From assembly GCA_963775685.1 (NCBI GenBank), contig CAVZJV010000014.1, positions 1,312,001 to 1,376,000 of the forward strand: a stretch of 64,000 nucleotides of DNA, read 5' to 3'. Position numbers and translations under genes: made by a program. Shown piece by piece: positions 51,940-62,152 of the stretch. The number at the start of each line of letters is the position of its first letter. The stretch's first letter is position 1. Source of the stretch: Candidatus Bathyarchaeota archaeon. Lineage in GTDB: Archaea; Thermoproteota; Bathyarchaeia; Bathyarchaeales; Bathycorpusculaceae. The notes beneath the pieces are model-generated. The model was given only the letters and a program-made list of their open reading frames with translations. It searched no databases and had not been told where the DNA came from.

Positions 51940-51964
51940 AATTTAATATTTAGGTGAAAAATCT

Positions 51965-52339
51965 ATGGCTAAAAAAGTTTGCAAAAATTGCGGTCAAATA
52001 TTCAATGGCATTACTGGACAGCGTTTTTGTCATAAAACTAAAGATTGTTACCCACGGAGAAAAAAAACTTTTAACCATTGCTCAGAATGTGGACGGTCTT
52101 TAGGCTCTGGCAATTGGCGAAACTTACCAGATAAAGACCGAATTTGTTCATTTTGCGATGACCGACACAAAAAAGAACGTGAAAAATTAAGAGAACAGAA
52201 ACGGCAAATTATGACTAAATGCAAGGTTTGCGGTCAATATTGCTACTGTAAAAAGGGTCGAATTTGTTTAGCCTGCTTTAGAAAACAGCAAGACCCAAAA
52301 ATTAAGGAAATTAGAGAGGTGAGAACCGATGTCTATTGA
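51965..52339 (+). CDS. Multi-zinc-finger Cys-rich protein
   Basis: Multiple CxxC motifs; AGGTGA RBS. Confidence 0.75.
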   Translation: MAKKVCKNCGQIFNGITGQRFCHKTKDCYPRRKKTFNHCSECGRSLGSGNWRNLPDKDRICSFCDDRHKKEREKLREQKRQIMTKCKVCGQYCYCKKGRICLACFRKQQDPKIKEIREVRTDVY

Positions 52340-52454
52340 AGAAAAAGAAAAATGTGTTTGCGGTTGCTCAGAGACGGAATTAAAATTAACTGAATTTTCT
52401 CAAATGGAAGTTTGCATTAATTGCGGAATGGTTCGAAGGAAATTTCAGTTTTGA
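52329..52454 (+). CDS. 41-aa zinc-ribbon peptide (TFIIB-ribbon-like)
   Basis: GAGGTGA RBS; MSIEEKEKCVCGCSETELKLTEFSQMEVCINCGMVRRKFQF. Confidence 0.65.
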   Translation: MSIEEKEKCVCGCSETELKLTEFSQMEVCINCGMVRRKFQF

Positions 52455-52465
52455 GAGTGGTAAAT

Positions 52466-52615
52466 ATGGAAAACGACTTAAACAACCTTGAAAGGAAAAA
52501 GAAAAAGCAAAAAACGTTTGAAGAGTGGGAAAACTCACATAATTTTAAGACGGTTGACCCTAAAGAGGTGAAAAGAGCAATTGCTCAAGAATACGATTGC
52601 CGAGAGGGGTCTTAG
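52466..52615 (+). CDS. 49-aa charged hypothetical peptide
   Basis: GAGTGG upstream of ATG; operonic spacing. Confidence 0.5.
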   Translation: MENDLNNLERKKKKQKTFEEWENSHNFKTVDPKEVKRAIAQEYDCREGS

Positions 52616-52673
52616 TGGCTAAGAAACTTAGCAAGAAAAACCGTGTAGTGCATATGCTTCAAATAATAAATTT

Positions 52674-53507
52674 TTTAGAATCCACTCAAAAAAATTCCCG
52701 ATTTGAAACCCCAAACAGATAAATTAATTCTCTTCTCTTCTAAAACGGCAGGGGTCTATTAACTCACTAATAGTCTTAGTTAATCCCTATTACGTTGTTA
52801 AGTTACTATGTAAAACCACGGACTATCAACTATTCGAATTTGGCTTATTTTCAAATGGTGGGGGGGATATATGCCTTTTTGGCGAAAATAATCCTAATTT
52901 GAGGCTGGTTACTGTGGGGTTTTCTTCGAATTCTAAGAGTTATTGCGGCTCAAGACTGTTTTCCATACCTTAACCATACAAAAAGGTGAGATAATGATTA
53001 TTATCTATGCTCTTTTGTAGAGATAATTAATTTAGAATCCATCAAATGAGACCGTTAATAGAGACATACACGGCTCTTTTTACGGTAGTAATTAACAATC
53101 TATGGTTAATAGTGACGGTTTAGGGGTTCTTAGTGCTTTAATTTGGTGAAAAGTGAGGTTTTAACTGCTTAACTTGGTGAATCTGGGAATAAATAATAAG
53201 TCGGATTCTAAGAAGGAGTCTGTTTTGTTTCAGTTATTTTCATTTTTTGAATGATTATTGCGAGAGTAATTAAGACTGCCCCGAAAACCAAAAAAGCCAC
53301 ATTCAAATCCGATGCTAAATTCCAGCGGTGAGGGTAAAAGATGAAATTAAAAAATTGAAAATGCAAATGCAATACTCCCAATGACTGATAGAAGACCAAC
53401 ACTCATTTTTTTCGTTTCTTTATCCATTTTTGCCTTAGCCTCAATCGATGATTATTTTTACTTTCTGTGTATTTGTTTTGACCTTGCTTAAAAGATTTTA
53501 GAATCCA
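52674..53507. repeat. TTTAGAATCCA x3 plus one inverted 9-bp copy
   Basis: 52674-52684, 53031-53041, 53497-53507; GGATTCTAA at 53203-53211. Confidence 0.7.
53208..53427 (-). pseudogene. Small two-TM protein with apparent frameshift in a T run near 53350
   Basis: MDKETKKMSVGLLSVIGSIAFAFSIF joins FNFIFYPHRW...AFLVFGAVLITLAIII across frames. Confidence 0.5.
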
Positions 53508-53554
53508 CCACTAATAAAAATAAGAAAACTTGGAAGAAAAGAAGAGAAGGGATT

Positions 53555-54742
53555 TTAACCTTCGATTTTGACTTTTTCTGGTTTTTGTCTCTCATATTCA
53601 ACGATTGCATCAAAAATCATTTTCTTTATAGTGTTTGGGTCAGTACCAGAATTTCGTATAAATTCTTCATATTTCGCCATTCTTTCTTTCAGGGCTTTAG
53701 TTTCTGCTTTTGTCTCTACGCTTTCAGCTTTCAATTTCTCAACGGTTTCAGGTAGCAACCAAGGCAAAGCGTGTTTAAAGACTTGCAGTAATTCCTCTTC
53801 AAAGTGTGCGCTATAGTGCTTGTCAACACCTCTGATTTTGTGCGCTAAAATTGGGCTTATGACGTTGCTGTTAGCCCCAGAACTTTCTAAAGCCGATTGA
53901 GTGAAGTCTCTTATATCGTGTGGACTGAATCGCTTCTTTTCAAGGTCGTGCCAAATCGTTAAACTTGCATCGGTGAATGTTGAATCCATTGATGATGGCT
54001 TCATTGATTGAATTTTTCCTTGATTTGAATATTTTATGAAAATGGGGTCGGTGGGTTTCAGTTCATAGCCTTTGTTTTTCGCTTCAATTTTGTATTCTTC
54101 AAGTTTGCTTGCGGCTAACGAATGCAAAAACGTGATTTGTTTTAATCCTTGATAGCGTCCTTTTCCTTTGCCTTTTAGCCGTTCTGCTTCGATTATTATT
54201 TTGTAGGGAACATCTTTATTTTCCGTTTCTTGCAAGTCTTGCCATTTTAACAAGAAGAGTGTTCCAACACGTACACCAGAAGAAGCTAAGAACCAAATTA
54301 ACGCCCTATCACGTTGACAAGTGAAAACAGATTCGAGTTTCTCTAAATCTTTGCAAATTGGTGTTCGCTGTTTTGGTGTAGGTTTTCCTATGTTCTTTGC
54401 GGTTTGGTTGTTTAGCTGTCTTTTGTTGTTTTTGTAGAAACTAAGGACGGATGCCTTAATTTGTTCCTTTATTGAATCAGTTAATTTAGCTTCACAAAGA
54501 TAGTTTTCTAAAAGGTCTTCTGCCTGAAATTCTTTAGGTGTGTTAATGTTTTGAAGACCTTCAATTTTTACCGCTATTAAATCATCTGGAGTCTTTTCGG
54601 TTGCTTTGCAGTATTTGTTTAGGCTTGCTATGTAAACCCTTTTAGTGTCTGGGCTGTTGATGTTTTGCAACCATTTTTTCCCACTTATGAAACTCGATAG
54701 CCATAGCTCTAAACTGTCAGTCATCTTAGACAAAAAGTTCAC
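53555..54742 (-). CDS. Tyrosine recombinase/integrase (start probably TTG at 54733)
   Basis: Catalytic R (SSGVR), K (RLKGK), HDIR, LAH, Y (KHYS); N-terminal core-binding domain; C-terminal coiled coil. Confidence 0.93.
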   Translation of the reverse strand: MNFLSKMTDSLELWLSSFISGKKWLQNINSPDTKRVYIASLNKYCKATEKTPDDLIAVKIEGLQNINTPKEFQAEDLLENYLCEAKLTDSIKEQIKASVLSFYKNNKRQLNNQTAKNIGKPTPKQRTPICKDLEKLESVFTCQRDRALIWFLASSGVRVGTLFLLKWQDLQETENKDVPYKIIIEAERLKGKGKGRYQGLKQITFLHSLAASKLEEYKIEAKNKGYELKPTDPIFIKYSNQGKIQSMKPSSMDSTFTDASLTIWHDLEKKRFSPHDIRDFTQSALESSGANSNVISPILAHKIRGVDKHYSAHFEEELLQVFKHALPWLLPETVEKLKAESVETKAETKALKERMAKYEEFIRNSGTDPNTIKKMIFDAIVEYERQKPEKVKIEG

Positions 54743-54947
54743 CTCTTAAAGGCTTAAGGCTTATGAATTCTGGGTCACTAAATAGCGAGTTATCCGTGCC
54801 TGTAGGAACGGTTAAAATTACTTATCTTCGAGTTTTACAGTTTTTTTCTTCGAAAGTTGAATTTTGAGTTAGGATGTTTAGAAATTCAATTTTATATTAC
54901 AGAAAGGTTTACTAATTTTAGTTTACCAACTAAAAGAAAAAGGTAAC

Positions 54948-56417
54948 TTGATGAGACAATCACAAACGCAAAGCAAACCAACTTCCATTTCGTCAAGGCA
55001 CAGCAGTTTAGTTTTAGCGATAGTAATGCTTGGAACTATGATGGGTGCACTCGACAGCACCATCGTTTTGTTGGCTTTTCCAGTCATAAACGATAGCCTA
55101 CACTCTGACCTTGCCACCACAATTTGGATAATTTTGGCTTATTTGCTTGTTATCGCCGTTGCAACCACACAGATGGGGCGGATTGGCGATATCTATGGTA
55201 GAAGCAAAATATTCAATTTAGGATTCGTCGTCTTCACAGTAGGTTCAGCTCTGTGCGGTTTCTCCCCAAACATATACGCCTTAATCGCTTTCCGAGGGGT
55301 TCAAGCTGTAGGTGGAGCCATCATGCAGGCAACCAGCGGTGCCATAATCGCGGATTATTTCCCACGAGAAAAACGGGGCAGAGCATACGGTTACAACTCG
55401 CTGGGCTACACAAGCGGAGCGATGCTAGGTATTGTTTTAGGCGGAGTCTTAACCACTTTTGTAAATTGGCAGTTAATTTTCTTCATAAACATTCCCATAG
55501 GCGTCATCGCAATTATTGCCGGCGTAAAATACCTAAAGGATGCCGAACGGATACCCGCCAAACTGGACTTAGTTGGCATGGGTTTGCTGGCAACAGCGTT
55601 GGTTTTGCTGTCTTTGGGATTGGTGAATTTCGCCGCACAAGGATTAAGCACTATGAGCGTCGCATTGGCAGTTATGGGCGCAGTGCTAATTCCTGTTTTC
55701 GTACTATTTGACCGTCGGCTTACAAGCCCAATGATCGACTTTGAAGCTTTCAAAAATAAAGTGCTTCGAAATGCCATCTTATCAGCTTTCTTCCTTAGCG
55801 TAGGCTACTTCTCGGTGGTTTTCTTAGTGATAATGTATTTGCAGGGAATAAGGGGACTCTCACCGTTAGATGCCTCGTTGCTTTTGGTGCCTGGATACAT
55901 CGCGGGCAGTTTTCTGGGTCCAGTGATGGGCAAACTATCTGACAAGTATGGTTCAAGAGAAATCGCCACATTAGGCATATTCTTCCTGTCGCTTGCAATC
56001 CTGATTTACTTGACCATGACCCCTACCTCATCGCTGTACATTGCTCTTATAGCTTCAGCAGTATCGGGACTGGGAACATCGATGTTTTTCCCAGCCAACA
56101 ACAGCGCAGTCATGGCAAATGCCAGGTCAGGCGCATTTGGAAGCATCTCAGGTCTACTTAGGACCGTGCAGAACATTGGGCTAGTTGGAAGTTATGTTTT
56201 AGCAATTTCGGTTGCAGCTGCTTCGATTCCGCGCCAATTGGCTTTTGAAGTGTTTATCGGAACAAGCGTCTTCTCTAGCATTATCAGCCAAGCTTTCATA
56301 ATCGGCATCGATAACGCCTTCTACGTTTCTATAGGTATACTTACTGTTGCGGGAGTTTTGTCGTTTGTTAGAGGCAAAGAGGTAAGGGAAGGAAACCCAA
56401 GCAACCCTAAAGCCTAA
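54948..56417 (+). CDS. MFS transporter, DHA2/EmrB-QacA type
   Basis: LDSTIV, GRIGDIYGR motif A, WQLIFFINIPIG. Confidence 0.93.
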   Translation: MMRQSQTQSKPTSISSRHSSLVLAIVMLGTMMGALDSTIVLLAFPVINDSLHSDLATTIWIILAYLLVIAVATTQMGRIGDIYGRSKIFNLGFVVFTVGSALCGFSPNIYALIAFRGVQAVGGAIMQATSGAIIADYFPREKRGRAYGYNSLGYTSGAMLGIVLGGVLTTFVNWQLIFFINIPIGVIAIIAGVKYLKDAERIPAKLDLVGMGLLATALVLLSLGLVNFAAQGLSTMSVALAVMGAVLIPVFVLFDRRLTSPMIDFEAFKNKVLRNAILSAFFLSVGYFSVVFLVIMYLQGIRGLSPLDASLLLVPGYIAGSFLGPVMGKLSDKYGSREIATLGIFFLSLAILIYLTMTPTSSLYIALIASAVSGLGTSMFFPANNSAVMANARSGAFGSISGLLRTVQNIGLVGSYVLAISVAAASIPRQLAFEVFIGTSVFSSIISQAFIIGIDNAFYVSIGILTVAGVLSFVRGKEVREGNPSNPKA

Positions 56418-56466
56418 TACCCCCAACCACCAAGGGTCTATACGATTAAGCTGTCGGTGGCATCGC

Positions 56467-57417
56467 TTGGGCAAACACAGATTTGGAGTTTTCCTTCCGT
56501 TCTACGCTTTCAAAGCTAAAGCTCCAAACAACCAGTACTACGACCAACTCAAGACTATCGTTTTAGAAAGCGAAAAATTAGGCTATGACGCCGTTTGGCT
56601 CGATGATCATCTAATGTACAATAACTGGCCAATTCTGGAACCTTGGACTACCCTAGCAGCACTGTCTTCGTTAACCAGCAGTATACGCTTGGGAACCATG
56701 GTTTCCTGCAACCAGCACAGAAACCCAGCCTTGCTCGCCAAAACCGCCGCAACTCTCGACGTCATCTCTAACGGTAGGTTAGAATTTGGCATTGGTGCAG
56801 GTTGTCAAGAAGCTGAACATTTAGCGTATGGATATAGCTTTCCGAAAGCAAGTGTTCGAATTGAAAGTGTTGGCGAAGCCTTGGAAGTGATGATTCGACT
56901 ATGGACACAAGAGAAATCAACCTACCAAGGAAAACACTACATGCTAAATGACGCCATTTGTGAACCCAAACCCCTACAAAAGCCGTATCCACCCATAACT
57001 GTTGGAGGAAGCGGCGAAAAACTGCTTAAAGTTACGGCGAAATACGCTGACAGGTTTGATTTGGGTTCTTTACCCAATATTGAGGAGTATAGGCGTAAAC
57101 TTGAGGTTTTACAAGAACAGTGCAAAACTGTTGGTAGAGATTTTGGCCAAATTGAGCGGTCGAGTTGGCCTGGAGGCCAAGTTTTAATTGCTAATGACCG
57201 AGAAGAACTAAGAGAAATGATTTCCCGCCGCAAACCTGCAAATCTGCCGATGGAGGAATTTAGAAAAGGTAATTTGTTTGGCACTCCCGACGAATGCCTT
57301 GAACAGTTGCTTGGTTACGTAGATTTGGGTGTAACTTATTTTATGTTGTGCTTCGCTGACCTTCCAAGCATAGATGGATTAAGCTTGTTCGCCAAAGAAG
57401 TTGCGAAAAAATTGTAG
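56467..57417 (+). CDS. LLM-class (likely F420-dependent) oxidoreductase
   Basis: WLDDH, EPWTTLAAL, RNPALLAK, SNGRLEFGIGAG, PKPLQKP. Confidence 0.9.
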   Translation: MGKHRFGVFLPFYAFKAKAPNNQYYDQLKTIVLESEKLGYDAVWLDDHLMYNNWPILEPWTTLAALSSLTSSIRLGTMVSCNQHRNPALLAKTAATLDVISNGRLEFGIGAGCQEAEHLAYGYSFPKASVRIESVGEALEVMIRLWTQEKSTYQGKHYMLNDAICEPKPLQKPYPPITVGGSGEKLLKVTAKYADRFDLGSLPNIEEYRRKLEVLQEQCKTVGRDFGQIERSSWPGGQVLIANDREELREMISRRKPANLPMEEFRKGNLFGTPDECLEQLLGYVDLGVTYFMLCFADLPSIDGLSLFAKEVAKKL

Positions 57418-57418
57418 A

Positions 57419-57769
57419 TTACAGGTCTCCTTGGGCAATATGTGATAACTCATGAAGAATGATTTGGTCTAAGCTATGATAATGGTTTTCTCTAATTAAA
57501 ATGATGAAATCAGCATCGTCGTTTTGTTCACCGTTAAACACGCAGGCATCAGTGTCTTTAGTAGAAAGAAGTCTGCCCCACTCCTCGATTTCCCGAAAGT
57601 CATCTTCGATGCAGTGGCGGAGCTCTAGGACACGGTTAAAATTGGCGTCGTTTAACCTGAGCGCTTTAACGTTTGGCATTGGCTTGGTGCTCAGTGTTTT
57701 CCATGCGGCAACTAATCGCCTTTTGGGTATGTACTCGGTTTTCATTTGGATTCCTTCTACTATAATCAT
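57419..57769 (-). CDS. Hypothetical protein with C-terminal HExxH
   Basis: ILHELSHI motif. Confidence 0.65.
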   Translation of the reverse strand: MIIVEGIQMKTEYIPKRRLVAAWKTLSTKPMPNVKALRLNDANFNRVLELRHCIEDDFREIEEWGRLLSTKDTDACVFNGEQNDDADFIILIRENHYHSLDQIILHELSHIAQGDL

Positions 57770-57964
57770 ACAAATCCCCGTTTATTCTATTTTTTCGCTA
57801 AGATGCTTGTCGCTTTGGGTAAGTCGCTACAGAATGCAAGGGGTTTAGTTCTAAAAGTGTTTGCAGTAGTCACCAAACAACCACACCTAAAGGGTAATTC
57901 TAAATAAGAATAGGTCATATTGACTATTGTAAAGTTAAAAATGGATTAAAAACAAAAAGTGCGT

Positions 57965-59486
57965 TTAGTTGTTTTTGTGGTTGTAGTCTGTTGTCAGCAC
58001 GTTCATGCCGCTAAGCACCGCTTCCATGCTGGCTTTAACGATGTCTTCCCGCACACCCATCGCCATCACTGTTCGGTTGCCCTTACGCATTCTCACAACA
58101 ACTTCAACCATGGCGTCTGTTCCGCCAGTGATGGCTTTAACGTTGTACTGTTCGAGGGTTATGGGTTCGGTTTCTGCGATGGCGTCTTTGACGGCGTTTA
58201 TGGTTGCATCTACGGGTCCTACTCCGACGGCAGTGCCCCAAACGACTTTGCCGTTAAGTTTTAGTCGAACTGAAGCAGTCGAAGTTACTTTGTCTCCGCC
58301 GACATACGTCATTTCTTCGAGTTGGATTGGTTTGTCTCCGCCCAAACCCATTACAGCTTCCGCGATAGCAAGCACGTCAGCATCCATAACAGTTTTGCCC
58401 TTGTCGCCAAGTTCCTTTATGCGCTGGAAAATCTCCTTGAATTGTGCCTCAGTGGGTTTTAGTCCCATATTGGTTAAATCTGCGTGTATGGCGTTAGAAC
58501 CTGAATGTTTCCCAGCAGCAATGCGTCTTTGGCATCCGACCAGTTCAGGCGCAATCGGCTCATAAGTCAACGGGTTAGAGAGGACGCCTTGGGTGTGTAT
58601 GCCTGATTCGTGGGTGAAAGCGTTTTCGCCAACTATGGCTTTGTTTGGCTGCACATGAATACCTGTTAGCCGCGAAACTATCTGGGAGGTGCCGTAGAGC
58701 AACTCGGTTTTGATGTTCAAATCTAGCTTGTAGAGTGAGCGCAACGTGATTACAATTTCTTCGAGCGCCGCGTTACCTGCACGTTCGCCCAAGCCATTAA
58801 TGGTTGAATGGCACTCTTCTGCGCCTGACCCTAACGCGGCAACCGTGTTGGCGACCGCCATTCCGAAGTCGTTGTGACAATGCACTGCAACGGGAACTTT
58901 TATGAATTTTTTGAGATTAGAGAAGAACTCTGCTGCGCGCTCAGGTGTTAATATCCCAACGGTGTCGCATGGAACAACCCTGTCCACGCCAGCGTCAACC
59001 GCTGTCAGGAACACTTTGGTTAAGTATTCAAAATCGGAGCGGGTCGCGTCCTCAGCTAAAAGCTCCACAGCCAAACCGTGGTCTTTGGCATACAAGACAA
59101 GGTCATGGGTTGTCCTCAGGATTTGCTCGCGGGTCTTGCGCAGTTTAACCTCGATGTGCAAATCAGAAGTTGGAATAATCATCGCAACGCCCGACGCCCC
59201 ACTTTTTAGGACAGCGTCAACGTCGTTTTTGGTGCCCCGTGCCGCGCAGAAAATCTGCGCGCGAAGTCCCTGCTTAGCGATTAGGGCAACGGATTCCATT
59301 TCGCCCTCAGAAACCGCCGCAAACCCAGCTTCGATGAAATCGACGCCAAGCTCATCTAGCCGCTGGGCTATGCGCAGTTTGTTTTCAGGTACAAGAGATA
59401 CTCCGGGTGTTTGTTCACCATCACGCAGGGTGGTGTCTAAAAACTTTACAGACTTAGGGAAGCGGTTGAATAAAGCAATACCCCAT
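57965..59486 (-). CDS. 2-isopropylmalate/(R)-citramalate synthase family; 5' end anomalous
   Basis: [12 protein letters not shown] upstream of the track's start, HCHNDFG, GERAGNA, HESGIH, C-terminal regulatory domain GVGPVDA. Confidence 0.92.
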
Positions 59487-60064
59487 TTAAATCACATTCA
59501 TTTTCAAGGGGTCAAGCAGACATATAAGAATTATGGTTATAAGCTCCACTGCTGGCTCCCGCCGGCAGCTGGCTTAAAGTCTCAATTTGGGAGATCTACT
59601 TTCTTTCACGGTTCATCGCTACCCAAAATTGCGTTGCTTACCAACCTATTTGGGGTCTATTAGGAGCCTTAGGTGCGGTTATATGCTGCGGTTTTTTCGG
59701 GCGGATATTTTCCGAATGGCCATGCTATTGCCTGATTGTATTTTGCTGTTCATTGCTGATCAATGCACATGAATTCTAAACAAACGCTACATGCTTTCTC
59801 ATTCACATCCAGCGCTATCCTGCATAGAGCTATGTTGCGCTTGTGGAGAGAATCTCGGGTGCCTCATCCAGACGAGAACGCAGAAACAGCCAGAACTCCA
59901 GAAGCAACTTGATCCTCAAACAGACTTGTGCCAAAATTAAAACCGCTACAATCACACAAAGAGAAAAAAAGATTTGCTTCCGATGAATCGACTTTTGCCG
60001 CAAAAAATTTAACAGCAACCCCATCCAAATAATTACCAACTATTCATTTGTCGAGGTACTTGAT

Positions 60065-61693
60065 TTGAAAAGCGACGCAATTAAGAAAGGAACTGAGAAA
60101 GCGCCTCACCGCGCCCTCCTAAAATCGCTGGGTTTAGAAGATGATGATATTGCAAAGCCGCTGGTCGGGATAGCGAACAGTTACACAAACATCGTTCCAG
60201 GACACATTCACCTCCGCACCATTGGAGAAGCCGTGAAAGAAGGCGTACTCGCGGCGAGCGGCATACCTTTCGAATTCAGCACCATCGCCGTTTGTGACGG
60301 CATCGCCATGGGACACGAAGGTATGCGTTACTCTTTGCCCTCGCGGGAAATCATCGCTGATTCGGTGGAGATTATGCTTCAAGCCCACAGCCTCGATGGA
60401 TTGGTCATGATTTCGAATTGTGACAAAATCACGCCGGGCATGCTTATGGCTGCAGCAAGAGTGGACATACCAGCCATAATGGTTACAGGTGGACCCATGG
60501 CGGCAGGACGATACCGAGGCAAAAAAATAAGTTACTCCACAATGCCTGAAGCACTTGGGCAAGTCGCAGCGGGAAAAATGAGTGAAGGCGAGTTATGCGA
60601 GTTGGAGGAGAACGCTTGTCCGGGGTGCGGCAGTTGCAGCGGCATGTTTACCGCCAATACCATGGCATGTTTAACTGAAGCGTTAGGGATGTCGCTGCCT
60701 TACTGCGGAACCTCGCTTGCGAATAGCGCATTCAAGCTGCGGTTAGCCAGACGAACAGGCAAACAAATCGTCAAACTAATCCACGATGACCTTAAGCCCT
60801 CACAGATTCTCACCAAGGAAGCCTTCGAAAACGCTATCGCAGTCGACATGGCATTGGGTGGCTCAACCAACACAACGTTGCATCTGCCGGCAATTGCTAA
60901 AGAAGCAGGCTTAACTGTGCCACTGTCAACCTTTGACGAAATCGGCAGAAGAGTTCCCCACTTATGCAGTATGATACCAAGCGGAACTTATGCGCTTGAA
61001 GACTTGGATGCAGCAGGCGGAGTCCCAGCAGTAATGAACGAACTTAAAAGCTTACTCCACCTAAACCTGCCAACCGTCTCTGGCAAAACTGTCGGCGACA
61101 ACATCAAGAACGCCGTTGTCCTCGACCGAGAAGTCATCCACAGCTTATCCAACCCCGTTCACAAAGAAGGCGGCATAGCCATCTTAACAGGCAACCTAGC
61201 ACCTAAAGGCTCAGTCATAAAAACCGCAGGCGTCTCACCCAAAATGCAAAAACACACAGGACCAGCTAAAGTTTACGATTCAGAAAAAGAAGCTCTCACA
61301 GCCATTCGCGGCAACCAAATCAAAGAAGGCGACGTGGTTGTCATTCGCTATGAAGGACCAAGAGGTGGACCTGGAATGCCTGAAATGCTATTTCCAACCG
61401 CGACTATCGCAGGCATGGGTCTGAGCGAAAGTGTCGCTCTAATCACTGATGGACGCTTCTCAGGTGCCACACGTGGAGGAAGCATCGGACACGTAGCACC
61501 AGAAGCCTTCGACGGCGGAACAATCGCAGTTCTCAAAAACTGCGACACCATAACCATCGACATCCCCAACCGCACCCTAAAAGTCGAATTATCCGACGAA
61601 GAACTCAAAGAGCGTTTAGCTGCTTGGAAGCCAAGAGAAACCAAAATCAAAAAGGGCATACTCTCCCGCTATAAACCAACACCAACCGAATAA
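60065..61693 (+). CDS. ilvD: Dihydroxy-acid dehydratase
   Basis: [35 protein letters not shown]. Confidence 0.97.
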   Translation: MKSDAIKKGTEKAPHRALLKSLGLEDDDIAKPLVGIANSYTNIVPGHIHLRTIGEAVKEGVLAASGIPFEFSTIAVCDGIAMGHEGMRYSLPSREIIADSVEIMLQAHSLDGLVMISNCDKITPGMLMAAARVDIPAIMVTGGPMAAGRYRGKKISYSTMPEALGQVAAGKMSEGELCELEENACPGCGSCSGMFTANTMACLTEALGMSLPYCGTSLANSAFKLRLARRTGKQIVKLIHDDLKPSQILTKEAFENAIAVDMALGGSTNTTLHLPAIAKEAGLTVPLSTFDEIGRRVPHLCSMIPSGTYALEDLDAAGGVPAVMNELKSLLHLNLPTVSGKTVGDNIKNAVVLDREVIHSLSNPVHKEGGIAILTGNLAPKGSVIKTAGVSPKMQKHTGPAKVYDSEKEALTAIRGNQIKEGDVVVIRYEGPRGGPGMPEMLFPTATIAGMGLSESVALITDGRFSGATRGGSIGHVAPEAFDGGTIAVLKNCDTITIDIPNRTLKVELSDEELKERLAAWKPRETKIKKGILSRYKPTPTE

Positions 61694-61734
61694 AAATTAA
61701 ACCGTAAAGGGCAAAGGTAGCGGTGGTTGCTGAT

Positions 61735-61997
61735 TTACCTGTATCCGCCATACATCATATCTTTTCCACCAATCCCCATTCTGTAAGGATTAGCACCTTG
61801 ATGTGGATATTGAGAGAACTCATGACCATTGTTAGGAACATGTCTCCATAGTTGCCACCGAACGCTTGTGTAGGGGTTTGGCTATGAGAGCTGGATTGGT
61901 CTTGGGTGTTAAAGTATTGGGCGTAGGTTACTCCGATTGCCGTCATCATCATCAATGATATTGCCAGAGCAATGAGGATTATTTTTGTTTTGGTCAT
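61735..61997 (-). pseudogene. Small secreted Gly/Met/Tyr-rich protein, apparent frameshift near 61845
   Basis: GAGGTGA RBS, signal peptide; alternate frame ends YRMGIGGKDMMYGGYR. Confidence 0.5.
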
Positions 61998-62152
61998 TTG
62001 TTTTTCACCTCAACAGACTATTGGCTGAGGTATGGTTTGAGAGTTGGCTGATACATCTTTGAAGCGGTTTGTGTTGGGGTTTTTGATGGAAAAAGTGGTT
62101 TGTGAAGAAAAATCCTTAAATCTCCGGTAAATGAGTCTTTTTTAGATATAAC

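Larger units (their letters stand above)
45440..54806. mobile_element. Integrated AT-rich element (~9.3 kb) with tyrosine integrase; ends approximate
   Basis: Integrase at right end, compositional shift, MGE-type genes, short imperfect direct repeats at both junctions, core genes on both flanks. Confidence 0.85.
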
